A stretch of 64,000 nucleotides of DNA, counting the filler, from Piptocephalis cylindrospora (lineage: Eukaryota), in NCBI GenBank assembly GCA_003614145.1. It is 7 parts of 7 records of this genome, joined end to end, with 100 filler letters (N's around TTAATTAATTAA, not from the genome) between each part and the next. Parts side by side here need not be neighbours in the genome. Positions count along the whole stretch, not along the records: positions 9,663 to 19,180 come from KZ988079.1; positions 19,281 to 28,777 come from KZ988080.1; 5 more parts are not named here. One strand, 5' to 3'. Both the position numbers and the translations under genes were made by a program. Every line of letters starts with the position of its first letter. Within the stretch, counting starts at the first letter, position 1. The notes under the pieces were generated by a model. That model was not told where the DNA came from. It saw only the letters and a list, made by a program, of their open reading frames with translations, and did no database searches. This document shows, in pieces, positions 10,546 through 24,044 of this stretch.

Positions 10546-13500
10546 TCAGTACTTCCTCGAGGGAGAAAAGGTACTCCGTGTACTGGGGGCTTCAGGGCGT
10601 CGGTGGGTGAGTGTGGTGGGGCTGGTAAGCCGTGGGGACCTTTGACTGGATCTCCCAGGACGGGAAGAAGCCCTTGTGGATGCAGTAGAAGCAATTGGTC
10701 GGGTGGAGGTGGTCATAAAGCTAGAGGTGGTTCGTGGCTCAAGAGATATTCGATCCTCATCCCCCACCTCACCCTTTCTCTGCACACCTTCCACCATCGC
10801 CCCTTGGGTTTCCTCGCTTGGCTGAACTAACCATCGAAGAAACTCAGTGGCCTGATCCCTATCCTCCTGGGTGATAGAAAACCCATCTAGGATGGCCAGA
10901 GATTTTCCCACACGGATTAGCGCGTTCCGGTACGTAACCCGCTGGACGAGCCGAGTGTCCGTCAATGAGTTTCTAAATCCCTCATCCTCCTTTTGCCACT
11001 GCAAATCCAGGAGGTAAGGAGCTGGGGAAAAACAAACCATCTCTTCCCTACCTCCAAGGATACGAGCGTAAAATGGCATACTTATAGGGTTGTGCCTGTG
11101 GGAAGTAGGAGGATGATAAGGATGTGCGAAAAAAGGAAAACTACCGAATGAGGCGGCATTTTTTTGTGCCCACTTGGGACTCACCTCAAGTCTAAATGGG
11201 ATAATTCGGGAAGTGATCTCACCAGCCGGACCAAACTAGTCATTTGACTAAAGCGATTACCAAGAAGGAATAATCTCGAGAGAGATCGCAGCCCTAGCAA
11301 GGGTTCCGGGTCCGAAAGGCCATTATGATTAAGATTAAGAACGCGAAGATGGGGGAAGTGGGTGGAGAACCGACGTGGGAGCTTCGGAAGGCTGCATCCG
11401 CTAAGCTCTAGTAACGTCACATGATTCATAATTCTTTCCCCCTTTCCATCTCCTGGTGGGAGCGGCAATTTATACAGCGGGTTTCCTATAGGGAGACCAA
11501 AGGATGGAAGAATCAGAAGGCGTGAGAACAAGGGCTTCCTTTGCTCCATAGACAGTAGTTAATGTACTTCTTCTCCTCTCACACTCGTACCAGATAGATA
11601 AAGGCTACGGACGCGAGGAAGATTAAGGGGTCCTAAACGTAGCAAGCCACCTTCTTGACCCCGGCAAGAAAAACTCCTTAGCTTGACCAATCGGCAAAGA
11701 CCCGGCAGCCCGCAAAGATCGTCCCCATCCACCCTTAGCCTCTCTAAGGCTGGAACTAGCGCTAGGTCTAGGCGACTCAGTGGGTTAAAGGAGAGGTATA
11801 AATGTGTGAGGCGAGAAAGGACCGATGTAAGTGGGAAGTCTCTGAGGAGATTCTTGTCCAGATTCAAGCTCTCAAGCCTTTTGCACTGATCGAGTCCATT
11901 CAGGCTCTCCAGTTTATTGTTGGATAGATCACACACTTGAAGGTTTGGACTACGTGTTTACAGGTGTTAGTAGAGATAAGAGGGGACGGTAATACAACCC
12001 GACTACGGTTAATAATAATAAAGGGCCATTCACCTACCCAAAAGTCATCTTTTCTAGGGAGAAAGATCGAATCTCATTCGATGTTGCCCTAAAGATCTTC
12101 AGTTTAGCCAGGGAAGTAATCCCATTGAATTTTTCCAAAGGTCGCTCGTTCTTGGAGATATTCAGTTCCTCCAGTTGTGACAATTGACACAAGCCTGCTC
12201 CGAAAATACCACAGAAAAGAAAGCGCAAGAAAGAGAGCTGAAATCAGTCACTAGTCGATCATACCGATATTCCCTTGCTTACCTTGATCAAGCATTTCAA
12301 GATCATTCCTGGAAAGGTCTAGCTTGACAAGGTTGGATAATCCAAGGAATGATGAGCACGCTTTTAGGCTACCCATAAAGATTAGGTCAACGAAACAAAT
12401 TGTTGGATAGATGAGTAAACGGCATGTTACTCAACGATAGGAAAAGAAGCCTGCACGCTAAAATATTCTCTTTAGAAGAACACCTCAAGAGCACAGCCTT
12501 TCTTACCAGTTATTGGACACATCCAACTCCTCCACCGTCTTTGGAAGGCCATTCACCGAGATGAGCTTGTTTCCTTGTCTACAAAAGTGGATATTTATCA
12601 TCGAAGAGTGAGTAAAACCATCCAGTACGCGCACACTCTGTTCCTTTATCCCACATACAGATTGACGGAAACCAAGGAAGGGGCAATGCTAGTTAAACCT
12701 GTCAACGATTTTAATCCTTGACTAGGAATATCAAGATTCCGTAGACAATCCCAGGGCTGGGATGGGTACACTTGCTTGATCATCTGGAGTAGCGAATTTT
12801 CTCCTTTTATCTTATCCTTGTGAGAGGGTAGCTGATTTTCATTTTCTTCATTAGGCGGCTTTAGAGGGTTCCGGCCCTCGGGGAAGGTTAGAACGTCGCC
12901 AATCTGACGAGGAGGATGCGGAGAAGACTTAGCAGAGGAAGTGAGGGAGTGTACGGTATTTACAATACCTCTCCCATTCATAGGGAATTTCCTGCTCCTC
13001 AGTCCATCTTGTCTTCCTCGAACCGCCCGCTTTTTCTCATCCATGCTTTCCTGACATGAATCCATAGTCGATTGATCTTCATAAGACCGGGACGAAGAGG
13101 AGTTAGAAGAGCGCAGAGGCGAGGAAATCCCTCTTTCTCTTTTGAAAGCCGCATGTAATCTTTCCTGGTCCTGTTCTCTTAAACTCGCCCTGGAATCAGT
13201 CTTAGTCTCGTCATCCCTTGATCCTGCTTCTTCGATATTGGTGGCCAGGAGTATATCCTTTCCTGATACCCCCTCCCTCATCTTAGCTCCGAGTAATGGT
13301 GGAGTAGGCACGGCCGCGCGCTGAGGAGAGGGATGAGCAAGGCCGCTGCCAGATCGGGCGTAAATATGCGCCGGGGTCTGTTGACGGGAGAGGTCGAGCA
13401 TTCGATTTCTCGGTTTAGGCCTGAGCACCCCCTCCCGAAGGCCCATAACCGAGGAGGATATGTGACTAGTGGAGAGTCCAAGACTGGATATGGGGCCCCG

Positions 13501-16500
13501 ATTAGAAAGACCCATCTCCCCCGTCCCTGTGCCATACTCGGTGGTCCCACCCTTGGGAGCATCTTCGGCAGAGGAGAAGGGTGAGACAGGTGGGAGTATT
13601 CGTCTTGGGAGCGTCCTCCCTTCTTCATCCTCCTTCATCCCATCCTCTGTCACTCCACTTCCCAGTGCGCCCCATGATGTAGGGGATGTTCCCTGGAAGG
13701 GGAGTTGATCCAGATGTGTAGAAGGAACAGGGCGCACCATCTCCTCAAGGGTGGTCAAGTTACCCAAATCATCCAGAAGAGCATCGAGATCCTCCTCCTT
13801 GTTCTCCAGTGTTGAATCCACCACCCTAATGGATGGCTGCTCGAGTGGACCCAGAGGATGAGGAAACCGATTTGACACGACTCTGGATACGGGCTGTGTT
13901 GAATCATCCCATGGACCCATCCCAACATGAGGTTGATTCCTTAATGGACGCACTGACTTCTCATCTCTACTCTTTAGCCTCAGTGGAGGATCGCCCCGCC
14001 TCTCTAATCGCCCTCGCGGCGGAGATATTTCCTTTTTCTGATCCGACTCGTCCTCCCTCATCATCAGGATAGTGCCGCCTTGGGTCTTCGGGCTGCTTGA
14101 AGGGGCAAAAGATAAAGGAGTACGGGGACTTGCATCCACCTTCGCCTCATCCATCAAAGCCTTGAAACTTTGCCCAGGGAAAAAATCCATACCATGCCCT
14201 TGAGGACCTGAAATAGATGAGACCATGGAAGATAATGACGAAATTCTGGACGCTGCTGTTTGTTGACTAGGCGCGGCCGAGGGGCCCTTTGGTGCATTCG
14301 TGTGGGACCTTGATGCGGTTGAAGGTGCCGGTGACAGGATAGGTGGCGCCTTAGGAGAAACGGAGGAAACCTCTGATACCACAGAGGTAGCCTGAGATTT
14401 AGTGGGTCCTCTCGACTCATTTGATTTCCTTATCTCCTCCCTAATAGTTCCTTGCTGCCGCGGAGGAAGATGAAACCCTCCCAGAGAAGTTCGATCGGTT
14501 ACTAGGAAGAAGCACAATGTCAGACTAGATACAAACAGGAAACCCTCTATCTCCCCCTATTTCGCGATAACGCTTACCGTGAGCAGGATAGCGGTCATTT
14601 CTCCAAGACCCTCCTTTTTCTTCCTCCCCAAACTCAAACCTCCTAGAGAAGCCTTTATCGGTATCAGAGCTAAGAAAAGGGGCCTTGGTGGGCTCAGAGA
14701 TCGATTTGATCATGTATGCTGGATTCCCTAGTGTCTGGACTCCCTCGCTGGTTTGGTCAATCAAGGGGTCATTCAATCCAATGTTCTCTCGTGTTCTTCT
14801 GCTGGCAAGGGCATTCCTGGTCAGGTCACGCTTGTTCGACGGAAACAAATCATCCCAATGAGTCAAGGAACCGGGCAATAGTGGATGAATGGAGTGGGGC
14901 CTCAGAGGAGGGGAGGAGGTAGAATGGGGAGGGGTAGATCCTCTAGGCTGTACCGACCTTCTCTCCTCCCTCCTCCTCCTCTCCTCTCTTTCCCTTTCCT
15001 CAACTCCTCCCCCTTCACTATCTGGAAGACCAGTGTATCTTGAACTCCGGTGTTCATCCAGTCCCATTCCCCAGCCTTGGACTCCTCGCCCATTCATGTT
15101 CCTCTTCTCAGCCTCATTCTTGTTCTTTTGTGAAACCTCATCGGAGAGGGTCATCATGCCATATCCCAGTCTTTTTTCGTCTCCCTCTCCAAGGGGTGAG
15201 GCCTGAAAATGCTGTACAAGGCTGCTCAGACGATGTCGAGTCATGGAGTCGTAGGCCTTGGGCAAGGCAAGGGCTTGACCAGCCGCTCCAGTAGGTGCTG
15301 TGTTGGAAAGAGAAGAGGAAAAGGCAGCATTGGGCTTACCCGGTAGCTGATAGTCCTCCCATACACTCCGTCCCATCCCGGGATGATCCCCTTCCCTACT
15401 GGATACATCTTTCCAAGTAGCATTACCCGGACGTCTACCTCCCAATCCTCCTAGCCTCTCAGGTCCTAAATCGTCCCCTTCAATAGAATCCATATCCGGG
15501 GAAGGAAAATAAGAGAGTGGCTCGGTCTGTACACGAAGAGGATGGGGTGGGCGAGGAGGAAAAGCCGTCACATTACCATCCTTAACCCTTGGTCGCTCCC
15601 CATCCCGGTCATCGGACAAGGGGTATATTGAGAGAAAGGAGGGGCCAGGAACCATGGAGGTGGGAGGATCCTTTACAGTGGCCTTGTCCCCCGTATCCTT
15701 GGATGTCTCCTCGAATATACCAGGCCTATCAGACCGCATCGTGGAGCACACCACGTTCATAGAGGGCGCCAATGAAGCAGCGTTCGACGATATAGAAGAA
15801 GAGACGGATGCGGGTGAGGGAGGAGAGGCACTATTAAAGGGAGAGGAGGGAAAGAGCACCCCATTACGCAAGCCTGTCTCTTCCTGCAACCCAGCTACCT
15901 GACTATCCTCTGGGCCAAGAAAGGGAAGCCCGGCATTTCGGATAGAACCTCGGTAGATAAAAGTGTCCTCCTGTGGCGTTGAATCACTCTGTGATCCATC
16001 TTGAGAGGAGGCATGGGTGGAGGATGGCCACCGTGGCGAGGAATCCAAGTCGATTGCACCTTTTCCCTCCACTGCGCCCCCCGAAGGATGATGAGAGGAT
16101 GACTGGCCTTCAGGGCGTGTGTTAAAGTGATGTAGAAAATCTAGAACTGGCTCGGGGATCCCATGGGAAGAACCATGGGGATCCTGGGAAGATCTTGGAC
16201 TTTTGTAAATGGATTCATCGGGCACAGCAGGACCAGTAATGGGGGTATGGTAGGGACTGATACCCAGGGTCTCATTGGGCACTAAAGGAGGTAGAGAGGG
16301 TGGGAAATTGGCCTTGGGGAGGAAAACATCCTTGATCGTATCTGAATCCTCACCATATTCTGTGTAGCCGGGGGTGAGAGGATAACCATCCGGCCGGGAA
16401 GTTTGAGTCGCCCGTGAGGGTCCAGTATTATCAGAGGACTCCAGCTCGATAAAAGTACCCAAGGAAGGAGCAGCATTGTCAGAGATACGCCGCCCTTTAG

Positions 16501-18499
16501 GGATTGAGACGGATGATTCCAGGGGCAGTGGGCCAAAGGCAGGATCCAATTGACCAGCAGCCGCAGCAGATAACGCTGCTTCGACTAGTTGTGCCTCCAG
16601 CTCACTAGCAGCTCCCGCTAAATCCACTTGATCCCGACTCCCAACCTCCAAGCCGGCTAGGCCAGGCAGACCGCTTTCTAAGGCAGCTTGATGAAGCATC
16701 TGGAGGAATTGCCTACTTCTGCGGGCCGATTCCTCTCTATCACGGGGCTGGCCTTTCTTTCCACGCGGACTAATATTTTCAGCAAAATGAAGCAGTAAAG
16801 CCTCTTCATCCATTCCCTCTTGCTTTGCCGGGGTTAGAGCAGATAAGGATGATCGTGACATTGGACCGGTAGGGGAGGTGGCCTTGGGATGGAGAGTGGA
16901 AGTTCTAACAGGATGCTCAGGAGGAACTAGCAGACTATCAAATGAAAAAAGTGATGAAAAGGAAGAGATGAGTCAGAAACATAATGACATGGCAAGGGAC
17001 ACGTTTAGGTAAGCGCAACCAGTGTAATTACCTAGGTTGATCCGCAGATTCCAGAATATTCGATTCATCTTTGTATCCATTCAAGGGAGTGGGAAGTCCT
17101 AAGGAGGGTATTCCACCCTCCAAGGGCTGAAGCGGGAATGGGATCATCGGCCTCCTCCTCTCAGGAGGAGTAGCAGCGTATTGTCCTGGCTGAGCCATCT
17201 TCCCATGTTGGAGCGGCCTACGTCTAGCAGAAGCCGTGATGGTCCCAATAGGAGAGGGGTCTGACGTTGTAGGTGAAGACGGGACAGAGAGATGCGAGTG
17301 CATCGCCTCGGCTGAGTCAACTCTCTTGGACGCATCCACTTGAGGCTGAGATGAGCCCCTTTCCTCCTTTCTCTCCTCCCCCTCATCGCTCTTTCGCTCC
17401 CCCCTCTCCTCTACCACTTCATCTTGATCATTCCCTTTCCCCTCCTCCCCCTCTTCCTTGATGGTGCTGACAATCAGAAATTCTCCTAGCTCTTCCTCGG
17501 GGCTCTCAGCATCCTCATCTCCAGCTCTATCTCCTTTTCGACTACTACGACTGCTCGCGCGGACAGGAGACACATTGACGTCCGCAAATATCCCAGGCAT
17601 ATGACGACCGTACCGGGCAATCTCTAGGGTGGATGTCATCCTCGGGGGTGTCATGAGCCTCTGAGGTGGACTATCATGGGCACGAGGCTAATTATACAAG
17701 GGTGAGATAATTAGTCTTCCCGTGTTCTAAGGCAGAGATGCGAGGGAAGGCCATCGGGATGATATAAAAAACGTACCGTGCCAAAGTTCCTTTCGATCAA
17801 CTCTTCCTTTGAATCCCCAGTGAGCCATCTATCAGAACGCGTAGGAGAGGGAGAGGCCATCCCAACCGACCCATCCTCCCCTTCCTCCCCTTCAGAGAAG
17901 AGACCTGGCAGAGAGGGAAGGGATGTGGGCCTCGGGATTGGAGATGTCGGGGGAACGGTGGGTTCATGAGATAAATCCCTATGAATTATCAGCGATGTAT
18001 CAATGGCCCGAGGAATTGCGATGGGATCCATGGATTTAGCATGGTCTTGTCCAGTCGATCCGACACCCAAGGTAGATCCTGGATGGAGTGGATCATTCTC
18101 GACGACTAAAGAGCCAGCGGGCGCATTCACTCGGAAAAGGCCTTCTAGTTTATTTGGCGTAAAGAAATCACGCATGCTTCCTAGCATCCATGGCCTCTGG
18201 CTCGAGAAGCCTCCAGTGAGGATGGCCAAGTGATTTCCCGGAGTATAACTTGCCTCGGGGTTTCTCGAGCCAAGGATCCGACCCCCCTCTCCATCCTCGC
18301 CCATGACAATGACTGTGTCATTCAGTGAGTGAGAAGAGCTAGAGGCTTCCTCCGTAGAAAGAGCACTAGGGAGCCCCGGGAGTGTTGTTGCAGGTCCAAC
18401 AATCCCAGGCGATCCTTGGGTCCGATCGGGGATTTCAGGAGCCTCACCTTCCCATACTTCAGAAAATGCGCTATCGTCCCAAGCAGGACGATTATCCAT
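10546..18499 (-). CDS. cdc11: Septation initiation network/SPB scaffold Cdc11/Nud1-like LRR protein, multi-exon
   Basis: N-terminal MDNRPAWDDSAFSEVW and RDFFTPNKLEGLF resemble Cdc11-family motifs. Long disordered middle (ORFs 17711-18610, 17028-17654, 14525-16861, 12646-14517). C-terminal LxxLxLxxN repeats and LRR cap DLRHNPISMPFY...RVTYRNALI...LAILDG. Confidence 0.82.
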
Positions 18500-19120
18500 G
18501 CTAGAAATGGGTATTGGATGAAGAGAGGGGGAGGGGAAGGAAACAGCAAGATGAGGTGGATGACAATAGGTGCGCGAGAGGAAGGGGAGGGGAAGGATAG
18601 GATGGTACACGTCAGTGATGAAGATGGATGATGGGTGAAGGCGGGCGAAAACTCCGCTGGGGATGACTGGAGGAGACCTTTATAGGGATCGTCAGACACG
18701 TTGTATTCTGGCTGAAGGAAATGGTACCCCCGTACACCCAGTTCCCTCCCCTGAGACCTACGAATAGAAAGAATCAACATGGTGTGCTAACCAAGACGCG
18801 CTCTCCCATCAACCCAGTACTTTTCAATTGAATCATATCATACTTCCTAGGTCGGCGACGCAAATCATGCTCAATAGGAGCGACTTGGGACGATATTTGA
18901 AACAGTAGTAGTATTTTAAGATTTTCAGCGGCAGATGGACCAATCAACTCTATATACATCCAGCTCAGTTACACTGAGCAGTTACGAATAGATGCGGTAA
19001 TAATGAGCGATTGATTATTCAATAGCTTATCAACTAGGATGAGGTTCTAGGTTTCTTCGAATATGGCTTGCTGGATGCTCTAAAGGAAACGACATTCTAG
19101 TCATTTTTTAACGATAACCC

Positions 19121-19166
19121 TATTTTATTTTCCCCAGTGGGGTAGGCGGATGGGCATCCGAGCACA
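19121..19166 (-). repeat. Dispersed ~47-bp intergenic motif, copy A
   Basis: The minus strand reads TGTGCTCGGATGCCCATCCGCCTACCCCACTGGGGAAAATAAAATA and aligns by eye with 56400-56447. Confidence 0.7.
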
Positions 19167-19180
19167 ATGTCTGCCAAGAT

Positions 19181-19280
19181 NNNNNNNNNNNNNNNNNNNN
19201 NNNNNNNNNNNNNNNNNNNNNNNNTTAATTAATTAANNNNNNNNNNNNNNNNNNNNNNNNNNNNNNNNNNNNNNNNNNNN
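19181..19280. other. Artificial contig linker
   Basis: N44-TTAATTAATTAA-N44. Confidence 0.98.
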
Positions 19281-19914
19281 GGGATTTATAGGGTCAGTGG
19301 GAGCATCAGACATTTCATATGGACGGGCAGGTTGACGAGACAGGCGAGCCTCTATCGCCATCCCTTTAGGGCACGATATAGTGATGAGTCACTTGACTGT
19401 ACACACCCTCATGGAAAGGGTGTATGCATGAGGGCGGTCTCGGCCTTTGTTACCTGATGATAACCCCATGTGACGTAGAGGATGGCCCCTCATTATTATG
19501 TGTACACACACACACACACGATGTTGAGTTGCCCACTCATTCATGCTACGAATATAAAAAAACATCTGGAAACGGCAAAGGTGAATGTGTATTCAGGAAG
19601 ACGATGGTGGAAACCACTCTTTCCACCCCCAGTATTCTCAGGAGGAGGTGGGGGCTGGACGAGGACAAGTGGTTGGATGCTCCTTATTGAAAAACCAGGA
19701 TCCATCCCACCAAGAGACACACATGTATACGCACACACAGAGACAGACACTCACACATTCGGGACCACGAGTAGCCCAAGGCTACCTCCACTCGATTGAG
19801 AAGGGGAGAGATGAGGAGGAATGGTACAGGGTCGGATGGGTGAGGAAATGAGGAGTGAATGGATGAAAGAAGGAAAGGAGTGGGGCGTAGGCCAGGGCGG
19901 AAGCCGGAAGCCAT

Positions 19915-20457
19915 CTAGTATTGCTTGCCGTAGTGGCTGGTGTAGGGACGACGGTGGTGGTGGTGACGGCGGCCGTGGTGGTGACCATGACGGTAGTCAT
20001 TGTCCTTACCGTAGTCAGAGGACTTGTAGTTGCGGTGGTGCTTGTGGTGGTGGTAGGTCTTGCCGTCGGAACCACCATCGTACTCATCACCGCTCTCACC
20101 GTCATCACTCTCATCACCATTGCTGTAGGCACCCTCATCCTCATCATCCTCGCCGTAGGTGCTCTCCTCACCGTAGGATCCCTCCTCGCCATCATAGTTG
20201 CTGCGGCGACGGAGACCGTTGTTGTTGCTGAGAATGAGAAGCTTGGCGTCCACGAGGCGACCAGGGTTATGATCATCGTGGCTACGATCGTTGGAGAGAA
20301 GCATGGCCTTGGCCTTAATCAGAGAACCAGTAGCATCCCTCTCGGCGTGCTCGTGGTGCTTGAACTCAGCAGCAGGCTCAGCATTTTTGGGGAAGGAACC
20401 CTCGGCAGAGGCAACGAGAGCGAGGGTGGCGAGAAGGGCAAGGGAAAGGACACGCAT
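19915..20457 (-). CDS. Small secreted protein with an acidic block and a His/Arg/Tyr-rich C-terminus
   Basis: Signal peptide MRVLSLALLATLALVASAEG, internal repeat GxLxxAKxxxLSN twice, RRR site, D/E-rich block, then HHHKHHR and HGHHHGRRHHHHRR. TATAAAAG on the minus strand ~135 bp upstream. Confidence 0.8.
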   Translation of the reverse strand: MRVLSLALLATLALVASAEGSFPKNAEPAAEFKHHEHAERDATGSLIKAKAMLLSNDRSHDDHNPGRLVDAKLLILSNNNGLRRRSNYDGEEGSYGEESTYGEDDEDEGAYSNGDESDDGESGDEYDGGSDGKTYHHHKHHRNYKSSDYGKDNDYRHGHHHGRRHHHHRRPYTSHYGKQY

Positions 20458-22109
20458 GGTGATAAGAAGGTGTAAATGTTCTTGTAGAGGAAGGTTTAGC
20501 GAAAGGTTTAGGAGGAAGCGGGCAAGTGGATGATGATGAGAAGTAATGGTAGGGCCTGATGATAAAAGCGAGAAGATACCGTTGGCTTTTATACTTAATT
20601 CGATGCTCAGGACCGAGAGGTAGACCAGCCCAAGATACCCAAAGAGGAGAAAGGGGGATGGGGATAGGGAAGGTCAGAGACAGGGGAAAGCGATAGTCAT
20701 GGACATGGAGAAGCAAGATGGCGACAGGGAAAAGCAGGATGAGGCTATCCTGACACGAGGTGGATGACCTTGGAATGCTCCTTCCATCACCTTTGTCCCC
20801 TGAAATTCTATACCCTTGATTCCTGGATTTCATGGATCACGTTCGTGGCGACCTGGGCCCTCCCATGGTATTATCCAAATATCCCCTCTTTCCTAGGACC
20901 CTGGCGACGGGAGGACCGAAAGGGGGCAACGGATCAATCCGTAGGGTTGTGTGGGAGAGGCGATAAAGGGGGAGGGGGGAAGGAAAGGGTCCATGGACTT
21001 GTACTGACCACGATGGACGAGAAATAAGGGGGTACCTGGATCTTCCTCTTCCTCTTCCCATCACTCCTTCCCATCCTACAAAGGGTAACTTTTCGCACCC
21101 TTTCCCTCCCTTTCCCCCTTAGTGTCCACACTCTCCGATGGAGCACAAGGCCCAAAGGTACACCTTCAAATGGACCCTGGACCATATCTCGATTCCCCAC
21201 TTCTTCCCCCTTATATTATCTTTACCTAGCGCACATCCCTTATTTTCCAGGGTGCTGCCTGCTTGTCCATACTTTGGTCTCATTGTACGAACGAGCGGGA
21301 GAGCCTGTGTCATCTAATCTCCCCTTCTGAGGGGAGTGCGAGGGTCTATGATGGAGGATTATGTGCCTCGTGTTATCTCCTAATGTCTTTGTGTGATTTA
21401 CCTCCCCTCCCCTTCCACGCTCCCCCCAGCCATATCCTGAATAGGAGAGACCAATGGGGTGTGCACGGCCCGCCACCCCTTCTTCCCCCTGGGCCTCGTC
21501 ACCACCAACGTCATCTTCACCCAGGTGAGTCAAACCATTCCCTCCAGCTCACTCTGGGTGTTTCTTAAAAGTCGGAGTTGGCGCGTCGTAGTGGTGGTGT
21601 GCTCAGAGTGATAGGGGACCTAGGGGGAGGAGGGAAGAAGTCTGAGAGAGTGCGGGAGAGTGTGAGGCATCGCCTTGGGATATCTAGCTCATGTTTACTC
21701 ACATACACTCATCATTCCTCTATTTGGAGACAGCACTCGAAAGAGTAGGGGGCACTAGACTTATCTCCGGATGACTTACTCCCACATAGATGATTAAGTT
21801 TGAGGAGAGTAAATGATGATAGTCGTTGAATGACCGCGAATTCAACTGAACCGTTCTTCATGACACTAGCATGGAAGCGTTCCTTTGGTAAATAATCCTC
21901 AATGACAATATCTGATAAGACTACATCTATATCCTTCAAGGCATCAATTGTGACTTTCAAAGGATCGGTCAAGGGCACGGACGATTTTATAGTATCTCCC
22001 CGTCTATCTCCAATACCTGATCAACGCTGAGGAGACGTGGGAAAGTACATCCACACTCAATCATCTCCTACCTACTCAATACACAACCCACATGTCCTCC
22101 TCCTAAAAT

Positions 22110-23803
22110 TTAGGACCGGGAGGTGTCAAGGTCCAAGGCAGAGGCAATCTCCTCCTGATATCGGATGATTTGTGCCTCAAGCTGATGGTAATCCGTACGT
22201 AGCATCCCCACATAGGCCTCGGCCTCCTTGGTCACCGTGTCCATCTGCAGATAGGTCAAATGGATGTCATGGTGAGCAATGCAAGCCAAGAAGGAGTATA
22301 TCCCGCCATCCTCTCCCCCTTCTTACCTCGGCATTCATCACCTTGATCTCATTTCGACTCGCTTCAATCTTCTTCTCGATCTCGTCCCGTTCTATCCAAA
22401 CTTCCTCGTGTTTTCGGTTTAGTTCCTCCATTCGTTCCCTCGTTTGACTCATCCTTGTCTCTTGGCCCTTGTGCAGCCGTCCCATCTTCTCCTCTGACAT
22501 CCGAATTTGCCGTTCTACTTGCTGACGACGAACCTCCAGCTCCCGACCCTTCTTCTTCTTCCACTCAATCGTCTCCAAAGCCTCCTGAACCTTTTGCTCC
22601 TGATGGTTCACCCGTTGCCGAAGATCCAGGCATTCTTCCAGCGTTTGAAGGCATGTTCGGATGTCCTATATAATGAGAAAAGGATGTATGCGTGTGCGTA
22701 TGTGAGGGTGAGTAACGTACAAAGCTAGACATCACTTCTTTCGAAAAAAAACAACTTACATCGTCCACCTGGGAAAGCCCCGCCACTCGACCCCGCATCT
22801 CCCTTTCACGCTGTTCAGAGCCCACAATAAGTGATTTGGTCTCGGAAAGCCTCATAGATGTTTCCTTGATCTCCTGTTGGATCTTCTCAGGACTGTGCAC
22901 GATCCGGGCCCGGAGTACCTCATTCTCCTCCTGACACAGCGTAAACTCCTCCTGTAGGGACTGGATCCGTTCAATCAACTGTGCCTTCCGCTCCTTGAGC
23001 CCATCCGTCTCCGCCGTCAGTCGACCTTGCTCAGCCAGAAGAGCCCGCAGCTGCCCCTGCAATTCCTCGTTTTCCCTCTCCCTCTCCTCAATCTCCGGCT
23101 GTTCCTGGCTCCGTTGCACCCGTAATGCCTCCAATCTCTCCTTCATTTGCTCATGCTCATGGATTAGCCTCATTCGCTCCTCCAGGAGCTCCTCCTACAC
23201 AACAAAGAAACCGTCAGTCCATTATCCATTCTCCAGGCCCTCCTTTCCCTCCCGGCCCCATTCAACCTACCGATTGTCTCATCTTTTGGTCAAGGGCCGA
23301 CATGGATCCCTCCCGAAACCGGATAAAATTGATTACCGCACTCAATATTCTTCGTACCCCAGGGGCCTCGGGTTTCCGGAGCTCCCGCATGCTGAAGTCA
23401 TTGATTCCTACCACCGCCATCAGCCGTACTCTAGAGTGGTGGAATATGAATAGTCTGATTCATGCTAGGCTCAAAATAACCTGAGGCACTCTGCGACTTA
23501 CAACTCCCGAAGAAAGGCTGCATGGCCCGCTGATTCCTGATGGATATCTGGATAGGGAAGAAAGTCCATCTCGTCCAGGGGCACATTGGTACAGCTCTGA
23601 CGAGGGAGCCCCACCACCTGATCCAGTATCACTTCATAAACCGTCATCATCCGCTGTGCCGAAGGATGCGCCATGTCTTCTTCCGTGAGGGATACGGAGA
23701 TGTCCCGGAGCGCTGAGATAATCTCGCGGGTAGACAAGAGCGGGAACGTGTTGACGGACTTTGGATTATGCTTCTCCGTCTTACGTTTTTTCATTCCATA
23801 CAT
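22110..23803 (-). CDS. NUF2: Kinetochore Ndc80-complex subunit Nuf2, multi-exon
   Basis: N-terminal FPLLSTREII...EDMAHPSAQRMMTVYE (Nuf2 CH domain), coiled coil with RIVHSPEKIQQEI, last exon ending ...LDLDTSRS* at 22110. Confidence 0.88.
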
Positions 23804-24044
23804 AGTGGCGATGAAAGGTTATTATTATGGGCCAGAGGAAACAAAGAGAGGTGGGAAGGAAGGAAGGGAGAAGAGTGACACAGACGTGAGGAATGCCAAA
23901 TTCCGTCCCCTCATGTCCCTAATCAAGGTTGAAATGACAACAATGAGAGACCCTCTTTTCCTACCATTCCTTGGCACATCATCCCGCTCCTTTTTTCATC
24001 CTCTTGTTTCAACAGTCACCTTTAAATCTGCTCCCTTGCCCAAT

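Noticed and set aside
19782..20475. Hydrophobic antisense ORF 19921-20475 and other overlapping frames
   Set aside because: Val/Ile richness is the expected antisense of His/Asp codons. The minus-strand ORF has the signal peptide and TATA box.
21444..21978. Isolated exon-like segment (21444-21524 +) and ORF 21712-21978 (-)
   Set aside because: No complete gene model or recognisable domain could be built.
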